Part shown: positions 1-8,258 of the stretch, in pieces
How positions within the stretch are numbered: the first letter of the stretch is position 1
Layout: every line of letters begins with the position of its first letter
Virus record (IMG/VR): IMGVR_UViG_3300032330_002083
Span: 1 to 36,809 of that record
DNA from: a virus
Lineage: Duplodnaviria > Caudoviricetes
Strand: one strand, 5' to 3'
DNA: 36,809 nucleotides
Made by a program: the position numbers and the translations under genes
The notes under the pieces: generated by a model
The model's input: the letters and a program-made list of their open reading frames with translations, nothing else
The model's database searches: none
Told to the model about the DNA's origin: nothing

Positions 1-26
1 GTATTCTTGTTATACTGTTCAAGGAT

Positions 27-338
27 TTACCCCGCCCCCCCCTTCCTGCTCTCTCGTGCTGATTTGATATTGTGATGACGACTGCATAATGTTTGATGAT
101 TACTCAACTCCCAGACTGCACCACCCTCATTGATTGGTGTAATATGATCACGAGTATTGCCAATGCACTCATGAAATGGTTTATTTTCCTTAAGACATTC
201 AACACAAAATGGCTGTTGTTGTAAACCAATGAGGCGGATATGATTCCACCTTTTTGAGTTGTATGTCTCACGATTATCATTAGCTCTATTTTTAAAATTA
301 TGAGTTGATAATTTTTTGTTAAGTCTATCAACCTTCAT
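27..338 (-). CDS. Terminase-associated HNH endonuclease (HK97 gp74-like)
   Basis: CxxC plus DHITP..GG....SN.QTLC..HH..KS motif; lies directly upstream of terS on the circular map. Confidence 0.92.
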   Translation of the reverse strand: MKVDRLNKKLSTHNFKNRANDNRETYNSKRWNHIRLIGLQQQPFCVECLKENKPFHECIGNTRDHITPINEGGAVWELSNHQTLCSRHHNIKSARESRKGGAG

Positions 339-439
339 TTATAAATATTTGCTGGGTTATTTTAAAAACAAAAAAATACCGCATTATTGTTCCTGTATTG
401 TTCCTGTAAATATGCTAATATAATACTAAATAACAAAAA

Positions 440-472
440 AAATGCTTATAAATCATTGATTTATAAGCATTT
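440..472. promoter_or_regulatory. Perfect 16-bp inverted repeat in the attP region containing an IHF-like consensus
   Basis: AAATGCTTATAAATCA-T-TGATTTATAAGCATTT; minus strand 449-461 reads AATCAATGATTTA, matching WATCAANNNNTTR. Confidence 0.6.
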
Positions 473-639
473 ACAAAACTGTTACATTTCATTATTTGTG
501 ACGAAGAAGAGAAAACTAAAAGGTTTTTTAAAAACTTCATTTGCTTTTATTTGTACATTTTACCTACTAAACACCGTATTTGTTAGAAATAAATACAAAT
601 AGATTAAAATATATATAAAATTTGTTCCTGTAAAATACC

Positions 640-647
640 TACATTTG
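640..647 (+). promoter_or_regulatory. Putative Bacteroidota -7 promoter element for the integrase
   Basis: TACATTTG matches TAnnTTTG, ends 27 nt before the int ATG and overlaps arm repeat 4. Confidence 0.45.
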
Positions 648-674
648 TTCCTGTAAATTAACAATTAAAATATA

Positions 675-2231
675 ATGACCTTCAACCCTGAATGCGATAG
701 TCGCCCAAATCGGCATGGCCTTTACCGTATTTATATTCGTGTAACAGAAAACAGAATTAAGAAAAAAATCGGAACAGATATATTTATAAATTCCTCAAAA
801 AACTTTTTAACAAAGGCAAAATGGGGTAACTGGATATCTACACATCACCCTAATTTTAAGGAAATAAATAAATTAATTATTTTTGAATTAGAAAAATATT
901 CCTTGATGGAATTGGAGGTAAATAGTCAAAAAAATAAATTTAATGAGTTAAAAGATTTTTTTGAGTCTAAAGCAAAAAGCCTCCACGAGAAACATATTTA
1001 TTTTAAAAGCCTTACTACTCCCTCAAATAACCGTAAGCTTGTGCAACTGGTTGAGGACTATAAAACTCAACGGATTAATTTAATTCGTGCCTATGAGAAT
1101 ATTCCTAATTTTTTTCCTCCACATGGAGCATTGAACATTCACAAAATAATTTTAGAATATACTAAAAAACTAAATGACATTAATTTTGCTGAGAAACAAA
1201 TTACCGAAGTACTTGAGTTAAAATTTAACCCTGACAACCTCAACGTGTTCAAAAACTTTGTTATTTTTTACATGAAGAAAAAAGAGTTAATGAATATATC
1301 GGTAGGTTTTATCAGGCACGTAAAATCAAAGGCAAAAATGTTTATTGATTTTACCGATAATCAAAATATAACATTTCAAGAGATTAACCGTAAACTGATT
1401 GTAAGTTTTATCGAGTATCTTTCTCAATACACAAAATCTAACGGTGAGAAACTAAAAAACAACTCCATCATTGACATTGTTCAACGGTTATCTATGTTGT
1501 TTGAGGCTGCTGTTGATGAAGGTATTATAACGACAAATCCTGCTCGACATATCCAACTACCTGAGCGTAATCAGGTTATACGTGATAGACTTTCTGATGA
1601 AATGATTGAACGCCTTGAAAATCTTGAAATAGATCAGGAAGACAAATTTTTGTGGTTAGCTAAAAATATGTTTTTGTTTTCTTATTACAATGCTGGTATT
1701 CGGATTGGAGATTGTATCAATTTGCGTTTTCAAAATATCTCTGGCGAACGTCTTGAATATTCTATGTCAAAGACCACCAAAAGAAAATCTATTAAACTAT
1801 CGGTAAAATCTTTGGAAATAATTAATACTATGCGAAAGTATTATTTTACGGAGCCTAAAGATTATATTTTTAACCTCCTCGACAAAGAAAAACCGTTTTT
1901 TTGGGCTGTTGAGGTAGAGGACAGAAGAAAACTCAATATTGAAATAAAAAAAATGCTTTCACAAAATATGGATGTGGCCGCTGCTGAAATACAGGCTGCT
2001 TTAAAAGAAATTGCAAGATTAATAAATCATACTGGCCGATTAACCTTTCACATCTCACGACATTCGTTTGCCGATCGTGCCAGGCGTAAAATGAAAGCAT
2101 CTAACGGACGAATAACAATTATTGATTTAAAAAACGCTCTCGGCCACACCAAAATTGAAACAACCGAAAGATATATTGAATCGTTCGATAAAGATTCTCT
2201 TGATGTCGCTATGGATGCGGTTTTTGATTAA
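675..2231 (+). CDS. int: Tyrosine recombinase/integrase (arm-binding N-terminus, SAM-like domain, catalytic domain)
   Basis: Catalytic R (GIRIGD), K (SKT), HxxR (HISRH), LGH and Y (TERY); N-terminal IYIRVT..R arm-binding pattern. Confidence 0.95.
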   Translation: MTFNPECDSRPNRHGLYRIYIRVTENRIKKKIGTDIFINSSKNFLTKAKWGNWISTHHPNFKEINKLIIFELEKYSLMELEVNSQKNKFNELKDFFESKAKSLHEKHIYFKSLTTPSNNRKLVQLVEDYKTQRINLIRAYENIPNFFPPHGALNIHKIILEYTKKLNDINFAEKQITEVLELKFNPDNLNVFKNFVIFYMKKKELMNISVGFIRHVKSKAKMFIDFTDNQNITFQEINRKLIVSFIEYLSQYTKSNGEKLKNNSIIDIVQRLSMLFEAAVDEGIITTNPARHIQLPERNQVIRDRLSDEMIERLENLEIDQEDKFLWLAKNMFLFSYYNAGIRIGDCINLRFQNISGERLEYSMSKTTKRKSIKLSVKSLEIINTMRKYYFTEPKDYIFNLLDKEKPFFWAVEVEDRRKLNIEIKKMLSQNMDVAAAEIQAALKEIARLINHTGRLTFHISRHSFADRARRKMKASNGRITIIDLKNALGHTKIETTERYIESFDKDSLDVAMDAVFD

Positions 2232-2869
2232 AAATCAGATTTCATTGATTTGTATTGAAACTTATCAATGAAGTTTTTATCAAATACAGGTTCACTATAT
2301 TTTTTAAAACTTTCACTTACATATTTTTTCTTTGAAAAAGCTTTATAATAAAATGTTTCAAGTTCTTCTTGTTGACCTTTTTGCCAAAAGCCTACTGTCA
2401 TATCAGATATTAATTTAAAATTAAATACAGTAATCCTATACTTATCTGATTTTATTTCAATTTTAATATCCCCATTGACAAGCAAAAACTTTAAATATCC
2501 AGCGACATTACCTCCTGTCCAAATGTTTTCATCAAAACCAACTAAACTTAATTTCTCTCCTCTTAATCTACCAATTATTAAAGTATCATTTTCCGAAACT
2601 TCAATATTATCTAAATGACCTCCCAATTTTAAAAACTTTTCGTATTCATTAATAGAAACACTTTGTTCAAATACTTTTCTCCAAATTAGTTTACCTTCAA
2701 CAACTAAAAAATTAGAAACATATTCTTCTGATTCAGATGATGTTTGTGTCTTAGCTCCTTCATTTTGAGCAAACCCAACACCACCAAAAAACATAAACAA
2801 ACCTAACATAATTAGCTTATTTAAACGGTATTGTAATTTTGAGCTATAAAAGCAAATTTTATTCATCAT
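2228..2869 (-). CDS. Exported protein downstream of cI (DUF4468-like); candidate lysogeny-expressed superinfection exclusion factor
   Basis: Signal-like LIMLGLFMFFGGVGFA-Q; IKIEIKSDKYRITV pattern; overlaps the cI stop codon. Confidence 0.5.
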   Translation of the reverse strand: MMNKICFYSSKLQYRLNKLIMLGLFMFFGGVGFAQNEGAKTQTSSESEEYVSNFLVVEGKLIWRKVFEQSVSINEYEKFLKLGGHLDNIEVSENDTLIIGRLRGEKLSLVGFDENIWTGGNVAGYLKFLLVNGDIKIEIKSDKYRITVFNFKLISDMTVGFWQKGQQEELETFYYKAFSKKKYVSESFKKYSEPVFDKNFIDKFQYKSMKSDF

Positions 2870-3531
2870 AACACATAATTGTTTAAATACCCTTTTACAA
2901 GTAATAAATTAATAATTTTCTCTTTAAGCAAATCAATATCATCATAATGATTATTGTGAGACCTCAACAGCACCATATCATTTGGCCTTGTTGGGTGTCT
3001 TCTTACATACTTTACCATCCTTTGCTCTTCCGTAATTACGATAAATACCTGACCGTATTCAATAACGCTTATATCGACTATCTGCTTTACAAATACGATT
3101 GCACCGGGCAGTATTTTATCATACATAGAATCGCCACGGACTTTAAAACAAAAATCTACATCCTGAATTTCCTTCGGTACAGTATAATAATCAGCTACAA
3201 TCTGATCATTATTTTGAAATAACTGCACATTACCTGCTGTTACGTCAAGGTCATAATAGGGTACTTTTCCTGTTGTGTCAATCGCCTCTATATTCTTATA
3301 CTTTGTTTTTTCTTCTTGTGGCTCATTAATAAAATGTGGATTATCTTTTTCTATCAAATCTCCAATTTTTTTAGATATCTCTGGTTGAAGTTTTAATTTT
3401 CCTTGAAACAATTTATACAAAACGTGAATAGTAACATCTATCAAATTAGCTAATTCCTCTGCGGTCAAACGGTGTTTTTTTTTGTATTCCTCTAATCTGA
3501 TTAGTTGAATATCAATAATTTTATTTTTCAT
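2866..3531 (-). CDS. cI: CI-like repressor (HTH + S24 autopeptidase)
   Basis: N-terminal HTH (LTAEELANLIDVT), AG cleavage site (VTAG), catalytic Ser (GDSM) and Lys (MVK). Confidence 0.92.
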   Translation of the reverse strand: MKNKIIDIQLIRLEEYKKKHRLTAEELANLIDVTIHVLYKLFQGKLKLQPEISKKIGDLIEKDNPHFINEPQEEKTKYKNIEAIDTTGKVPYYDLDVTAGNVQLFQNNDQIVADYYTVPKEIQDVDFCFKVRGDSMYDKILPGAIVFVKQIVDISVIEYGQVFIVITEEQRMVKYVRRHPTRPNDMVLLRSHNNHYDDIDLLKEKIINLLLVKGYLNNYVL

Positions 3532-3552
3532 GGATTTTTATAAAAAAAAATT

Positions 3553-3603
3553 TATCCAAATATTTTAGATGATTTATTTGGATATTATCCAAATATATTA
3601 GAC
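3553..3603. promoter_or_regulatory. cI/cro operator region
   Basis: TATCCAAATA at 3553-3562 and 3586-3595, with the inverted copy TATTTGGATA at 3575-3584, between divergent genes. Confidence 0.7.
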
Positions 3604-3667
3604 TTTTGCATCACACAAACAAAAGAACAAATATTATACCAAACAAAATTACGAAAAACATTGAGAT

Positions 3668-3919
3668 ATGCAAGAACAAGTAAAATTGCCTCCAATTAAT
3701 CAGACAAGATTCAGCGATGCTGAAATCAAAACCTACTTTGAACAATTGAATCGCCAGTACGGAGCAATCAGTCAAGCTATCAAATTATCTGGGTTTTCTC
3801 AAAATACTTGGAACAGAGCAATGAGAGGCGAGCCAATCAAGATTGAAACACGTAAAAAAATAACGGCTGCAAATCTTAAAGTAATTGCAAACATTCAAAA
3901 AACCCTAACAACTCAATGA
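3668..3919 (+). CDS. Cro-like HTH regulator
   Basis: Divergent from cI; ISQAIKLSGFSQNTWNRAMRG HTH-like segment. Confidence 0.65.
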   Translation: MQEQVKLPPINQTRFSDAEIKTYFEQLNRQYGAISQAIKLSGFSQNTWNRAMRGEPIKIETRKKITAANLKVIANIQKTLTTQ

Positions 3920-4194
3920 CAGCACCACAACAAATAATTACAGTCAGCTACGAAACTCTTGATATGCTCCTATCAGAAAAAATAGAGAAGCTGTTAAGAA
4001 TGGCAAAAGGAGCAAAGGGAGTAATGGACAGAAAAGAAGCTGCCGAGTATTTAAGGATCTCAGTACCTACCCTCAACCATCACGTAGACATGGGCGAACT
4101 AATATCTACAAAACTGGGCAAAGACAAAGGCCGTGAAGTATTTAGACTGGAAGACATTGAGACTTTTTTAATCCGTAAACGAGAAACCAAATAA
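3916..4194 (+). CDS. Excisionase-like HTH_17 DNA-binding protein
   Basis: MDRKEAAEYLRISVPTL...G.L motif. Confidence 0.8.
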   Translation: MTAPQQIITVSYETLDMLLSEKIEKLLRMAKGAKGVMDRKEAAEYLRISVPTLNHHVDMGELISTKLGKDKGREVFRLEDIETFLIRKRETK

Positions 4195-4200
4195 AATAAA

Positions 4201-4229
4201 ATTCCTGCACGGAAGCACCACGCAGGAAT
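4201..4229. terminator. Intergenic hairpin, possible terminator or attenuator
   Basis: ATTCCTGC...GCAGGAAT 8-bp stem preceded by an A-run (U-run on the minus strand). Confidence 0.35.
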
Positions 4230-4260
4230 CTATGATATTAACAATTAAAATTTTACAAAG

Positions 4261-4578
4261 ATGGCACTAAACAATCAATTTACAAAGAATCACTTGGATG
4301 TATTTCGTGAAGCTGGCTTTATGGTTTACGAAAACCCAGAAAACCAATTCATAAGTATTATAAAATACTCCAATGAACCCAAAGCACCTTTGCTCATACA
4401 AATAGATTATGCATTTCGTCAATTAACCATTCTTCAGCAAAACATTTTCAATTTTCGTCAAGCTGATCCGCCAAAATACTGTGCAGCTCTGCCCGACGAT
4501 ATATCAGACACAATTTCAATACTAAAATTTACAAAAGTTTTTAACCAAAACCTATTAACTGAATTATGGAATTGCTAA
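4261..4578 (+). CDS. Hypothetical early protein
   Basis: ORF within the co-directional early operon with an A-rich start region. Confidence 0.7.
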   Translation: MALNNQFTKNHLDVFREAGFMVYENPENQFISIIKYSNEPKAPLLIQIDYAFRQLTILQQNIFNFRQADPPKYCAALPDDISDTISILKFTKVFNQNLLTELWNC

Positions 4579-4790
4579 ACACCTCCGTTTATGAAAGCCC
4601 AGTACTGATGGTAACACTATTTTTATTAGGAGGCATTTCACTCCTGTTATTATTAGCCATAAAGCCCTCTGATCAGACATTGTACTATGCAAAAAAAACA
4701 GAATTACCTGAAGACGACACTCACGAAAAATCTTCTCAATTCTTTTGGATACTGCTGCTAATGGCTATCATTCTCTATTATATCCTTTAA
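4566..4790 (+). CDS. Small membrane protein (two hydrophobic segments)
   Basis: VLMVTLFLLGGISLLLLLAI and FFWILLLMAIILYYIL. Confidence 0.7.
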   Translation: MELLNTSVYESPVLMVTLFLLGGISLLLLLAIKPSDQTLYYAKKTELPEDDTHEKSSQFFWILLLMAIILYYIL

Positions 4791-4797
4791 AGCAAGT

Positions 4798-4880
4798 TCC
4801 TCGACTTTCATAGTTAAATATTGTTTAGGTTGAATTTGATTAACTCTTTGGTCTTTTATAAAGGCTATGAGAGTCGAGGA
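4798..4880 (+). ncRNA. Candidate structured sRNA or RNase III-type hairpin
   Basis: 16-bp stem (4798-4813 with 4865-4880, one G-U pair) around a 51-nt U-rich loop. Confidence 0.45.
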
Positions 4881-4910
4881 CAAAAATATAAATCACTAAA
4901 ATAATAAGCC

Positions 4911-5183
4911 ATGACACCATACGAAAACGCAAAATCGGTACAAGCAAAAATCGCAACCTTAGAATACAATCAAGAGATTATTGTAAAACCCAAAAACACC
5001 AATGGCGTGCGTCCACCAGCGTTTTTTGGAAGATTTATAAAGCTTGAAGATACCGAAATACATTGTTTAGACAAATATCCGTATCCGCCAAAGATTTTAT
5101 TGATTGCTCAAAAATCAGACAATGACAAAACCAAAATCATAAGGATAGCAAATTTTTTAATAGAGGAAATCAAAAATTTATGA
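4911..5183 (+). CDS. Hypothetical small beta-rich protein
   Basis: Early operon ORF; pattern resembles 5512-5760. Confidence 0.7.
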   Translation: MTPYENAKSVQAKIATLEYNQEIIVKPKNTNGVRPPAFFGRFIKLEDTEIHCLDKYPYPPKILLIAQKSDNDKTKIIRIANFLIEEIKNL

Positions 5184-5512
5184 CACAATCTGACTACGCA
5201 TCGAATATAGAATCCGCAATTGAAAGTATAACAAGCCAATTGAACAATAAAGACAAATACGAGATTGATGTTCAAAATTTCAACGAAAGAGCCGTAAAAA
5301 TGTACAGTACCAACAGGGCAAAAATCTTTAATGCAAAAATCAGCTCAGATCATAAATTAATTTTTAAGAAGGCAAATCAAAAGATTAGAAAGATTATTCA
5401 GCTATCAGATAAAGAACTAAAGAATATACGCACCAAAAGAAAATCAGAAATCTTACAATCAGTTTGCAATCAGTTTCAAGTCAAAGAAAGCACCATAACA
5501 CGATTATTATAA
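5180..5512 (+). CDS. Hypothetical basic protein, possible C-terminal HTH
   Basis: ATGA-coupled; ends ILQSVCNQFQVKESTITRLL. Confidence 0.65.
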   Translation: MTQSDYASNIESAIESITSQLNNKDKYEIDVQNFNERAVKMYSTNRAKIFNAKISSDHKLIFKKANQKIRKIIQLSDKELKNIRTKRKSEILQSVCNQFQVKESTITRLL

Positions 5513-5760
5513 TGGCCAACACATTATCGATTATTAAAAGCCTAAAAAAAGGCGATAGAATAAAAATTACCACTTATAGCACGCTAAAATCAGGAATGCC
5601 AAAAATATATTTTGGAAACTTTCAAGACTATCAGCAAAGACCAGGCGATTTTATTTTCACAGTAAACATAGACCAGGGCGAAACAGACCTGCTTGGAGCA
5701 TCAAAACAAACAACATTAAATTTTAGGAATTCAACAGTTAAAAACATCGAAATATTATGA
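5512..5760 (+). CDS. Hypothetical small beta-rich protein (start corrected to MANTLS)
   Basis: TAATG coupling with the upstream stop at 5510-5514. Confidence 0.7.
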   Translation: MANTLSIIKSLKKGDRIKITTYSTLKSGMPKIYFGNFQDYQQRPGDFIFTVNIDQGETDLLGASKQTTLNFRNSTVKNIEIL

Positions 5761-6056
5761 GACTACGTACAGCATCAATATGCTACACAGACCTCGCCGA
5801 AGCGGCAAAGGCAGGACATTCGGCTTTTTCAAGAGCAAAAAACGGCAAAGTATATTTCAACGTTGCGATTTGGGACAACGACGAAGAAAACAAATTTGGA
5901 CAAAATGTGTCCATACAATTAAGTCCCAAAAAAGACACCGAATCAAAGCCTTTATACATCGGCAACGGCAATAAGCAAGAAGTCCCCTCAGAAAAAGGCA
6001 AAGCATTTGCAAGCTCAACAACAAAATCAAAATCAGACGACGACCTACCTTTTTAA
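5757..6056 (+). CDS. Putative single-stranded DNA-binding protein
   Basis: Small beta-rich protein with an SSB-type acidic tail (SDDDLPF) in the replication region. Confidence 0.65.
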   Translation: MRLRTASICYTDLAEAAKAGHSAFSRAKNGKVYFNVAIWDNDEENKFGQNVSIQLSPKKDTESKPLYIGNGNKQEVPSEKGKAFASSTTKSKSDDDLPF

Positions 6057-6058
6057 AA

Positions 6059-6418
6059 ATGACAACCGAACAAAAACAAAACCTAACAGTAGATAACATC
6101 TACATATTTCTTATTACAGCTCAGTTTCTCCTCGATTTTGCAGACGACAAAATGATACATTCGGGCTGGGCCGTACAAGACTTTAAAAGTAGTTTGAAAA
6201 CAACCCTTAAAAAGTTGGTAAAACTCACATCAATACCCTTTGATGAATTTAAAAATAAAGCAACACCCGAAATAGTTGAGCAACAATTTACAGGCTCATT
6301 GCTTGCCGAGCAAAATATGAGGTTAGCCCTAAAGTTTGATCAGCTAAGTAAAGATGATCAATTCAGATTCCAAATGCTCTACGAAAACCTACTTTCACAA
6401 TTTAATATCGTTTTATGA
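6059..6418 (+). CDS. Hypothetical protein
   Basis: Tightly packed early operon ORF. Confidence 0.7.
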   Translation: MTTEQKQNLTVDNIYIFLITAQFLLDFADDKMIHSGWAVQDFKSSLKTTLKKLVKLTSIPFDEFKNKATPEIVEQQFTGSLLAEQNMRLALKFDQLSKDDQFRFQMLYENLLSQFNIVL

Positions 6419-6567
6419 AAAAAGTAATAAAAGTATCCATTGCACTCACAAAAATAGACGTAATACAATGCGTTCAGGGAGGTTGGACAATCTCAACACA
6501 CAATAAAAAACTGTGTTTAGAAAACAAAAAAATAATATTTATACCTGCATTAATGCAGAAATTATAA
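6415..6567 (+). CDS. Small 50-aa ORF missing from the ORF track (MKKVIKVSIALTK...MQKL)
   Basis: ATGA overlap with the upstream stop; fills the gap to the replication gene. Confidence 0.6.
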   Translation: MKKVIKVSIALTKIDVIQCVQGGWTISTHNKKLCLENKKIIFIPALMQKL

Positions 6568-6577
6568 AACAAACCAA

Positions 6578-7537
6578 ATGGCAAGACCCCAAAAACAAGG
6601 CTTGTCGTATTTCCCGATAGATGTCGATATTTTTGAAGACGAAAAACTACAATTCATTTCAGCCAAATACGGCCTTAAAGGTGAAGCAATAGTTTTCAGA
6701 CTTCTTTCAAAAATTTATCGAAACGGTTATTACATAGAATTTGATGAGGACGTACAATTGTTGTTTTCTAAATCTTGTGGTTTGGAACGTAACGACAACG
6801 CAACTCGTAACGTGGTTAGCGAATTACTCAAACGTAATTTTTTTGATAAATCAATGTTTGAGCAATTTCAAGTACTTACATCAAAGGGTATTCAAAAGCG
6901 ATATGCCAAAATCTGCAACGATTCAAGGCGTATCGCAAGTAACCTCCTACCGAAATACGACTTAACTACCGAGGAAACCGAGTTTCCTCCTGAGGAAACC
7001 ACAGTTTACTACGGAGGAAACCCCACAAAGAAAAGTAAAGTAAATGAAACAAAACAAAACAAAAGTAAAGAATTAAAAAGTCAAAATTCAGAAAATAATG
7101 ATTTGCCATCTTTTGTTTCAGAAAACAGAAAAAAAGTATCTCCAGCGGTGGGGCCGCGGCCAAAACTCACAAAAGAGTTTTTAAAACAAGATTTTTTAAA
7201 TAACCGTGATATAGAAAAGCTATATGAAAACAACAATATCACAGACAATTACGAGAAAGTAATAGATTCATTTATTTATGAAGCATTTGCAGTAGGCAAA
7301 AACGAAAACTGGAAAAACATACAAGATGCAAGATCACACCTGATCAATTCTTTCAAATACTATAACAATAAACATGGAAGCAATCACAATTTCCAACCAA
7401 GCCAGTCAGCTGGCAACCTTGAAAGACCAAACCTATTTGGGAAAGAAGGTAAATCCGCAAATCGCCTTGTGCCAATCGGCCAGCGACCTTCTATTAGCGA
7501 CATCAGACAAAAGACAACGTTTGAAGTCAGCGAATGA
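6578..7537 (+). CDS. Replication initiator (DUF4373 / Lin1244-like N-terminus)
   Basis: MARP.K.GL.YFP.DV..F.D.K...I...YG..G N-terminus and VLTSKGIQKRY motif; internal iterons. Confidence 0.85.
   Translation: MARPQKQGLSYFPIDVDIFEDEKLQFISAKYGLKGEAIVFRLLSKIYRNGYYIEFDEDVQLLFSKSCGLERNDNATRNVVSELLKRNFFDKSMFEQFQVLTSKGIQKRYAKICNDSRRIASNLLPKYDLTTEETEFPPEETTVYYGGNPTKKSKVNETKQNKSKELKSQNSENNDLPSFVSENRKKVSPAVGPRPKLTKEFLKQDFLNNRDIEKLYENNNITDNYEKVIDSFIYEAFAVGKNENWKNIQDARSHLINSFKYYNNKHGSNHNFQPSQSAGNLERPNLFGKEGKSANRLVPIGQRPSISDIRQKTTFEVSE
6971..7100. repeat. Putative replication origin: iterons plus A-rich tract inside the initiator gene
   Basis: GAGGAAACC at 6971, 6992 and 7014 (21-22 bp period), inverted GTTTCCTC at 6982, followed by an A-rich segment; lambda O-like layout. 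Confidence 0.7.
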
Positions 7538-8258
7538 CGCACAACTGCAGGAGTTAGACAATATACTGCTTGCTATCACAGGAGCTCAGTTCGAAAGCAA
7601 CAAAGCAGTCATTATGAATTACGTCAAATACATGACTTTACTCAAAGATGTATTTGGCCAGTACACAATTGATGAAATTATTATTGCATACAAACTTGCA
7701 AAGGCAGGCAAACTCTGTAATCACAAAAACGAACAGTTTATTTTATACAGAGAACTAAATTTTGCCTCAGCATCAGATGTGCTACTGGCCTTTGCAGAAT
7801 ACAAAAAACAGGAGTTGGGCAAATGGATTCAAAATCAACAACTTTTTGAAGAAGAAGAAAATATGATTGATGAGCAAGAAAAACAAAACATTGAGCGTAA
7901 TGGCCTCAGAAACATCTTGGCAGAGAGCTGGACACTATCACAACAAAACAAATTATCAGATGCTGGTTTTTTTCTTTACGATAACCTCAAATCAAGAAGT
8001 CTAATAGATTTATCAAACGCAGAAAAAACAAGCATTCAGAAAGAAGCACTTAAAAGAGTAAAATATTTTGCAAAACTTGAACGCTACGCCGCTCTCGACA
8101 AAATAACCTACAATCGTTACAACAATTTTATAAGCAGCCTATCAGCTGAAGTTGAGGAAGTAGTGATTATGTCGAAAAAAATAGCCCTAAGAACCCAAAT
8201 ACAAAAATGGATCAAAGAAGGTTTTTCATTGCAAGACATACAATCAAAAATAAAATGA
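7374..8258 (+). CDS. Hypothetical replication-associated protein (helicase-loader position)
   Basis: Helical 294-aa ORF directly after the initiator; function inferred from position only. Confidence 0.55.
   Translation: MEAITISNQASQLATLKDQTYLGKKVNPQIALCQSASDLLLATSDKRQRLKSANDAQLQELDNILLAITGAQFESNKAVIMNYVKYMTLLKDVFGQYTIDEIIIAYKLAKAGKLCNHKNEQFILYRELNFASASDVLLAFAEYKKQELGKWIQNQQLFEEEENMIDEQEKQNIERNGLRNILAESWTLSQQNKLSDAGFFLYDNLKSRSLIDLSNAEKTSIQKEALKRVKYFAKLERYAALDKITYNRYNNFISSLSAEVEEVVIMSKKIALRTQIQKWIKEGFSLQDIQSKIK

Larger units (their letters stand above)
387..655. repeat. Candidate attP with four direct TTGTTCCTGTA arm-type repeats (387-397, 398-408, 622-632, 645-655)
   Basis: Exact 11-bp direct repeats in two pairs flank an AT-rich interval immediately upstream of the integrase. 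Confidence 0.75.

Noticed and set aside
497-513. Possible att core resembling a tRNA 3' end (minus strand CTCTTCTTCGTCACA)
   Set aside because: Too short, with no T-loop (TTCGAA) or cloverleaf; cannot be assigned without the host genome
387-602. 71-aa plus-strand ORF upstream of int
   Set aside because: TTG start inside an arm repeat; it spans the attP-like non-coding structure and is likely spurious
387-655. TTGTTCCTGTA repeats as a mini-CRISPR array
   Set aside because: Only 11 bp, irregularly spaced, no spacers or cas genes; arm-type sites explain them better
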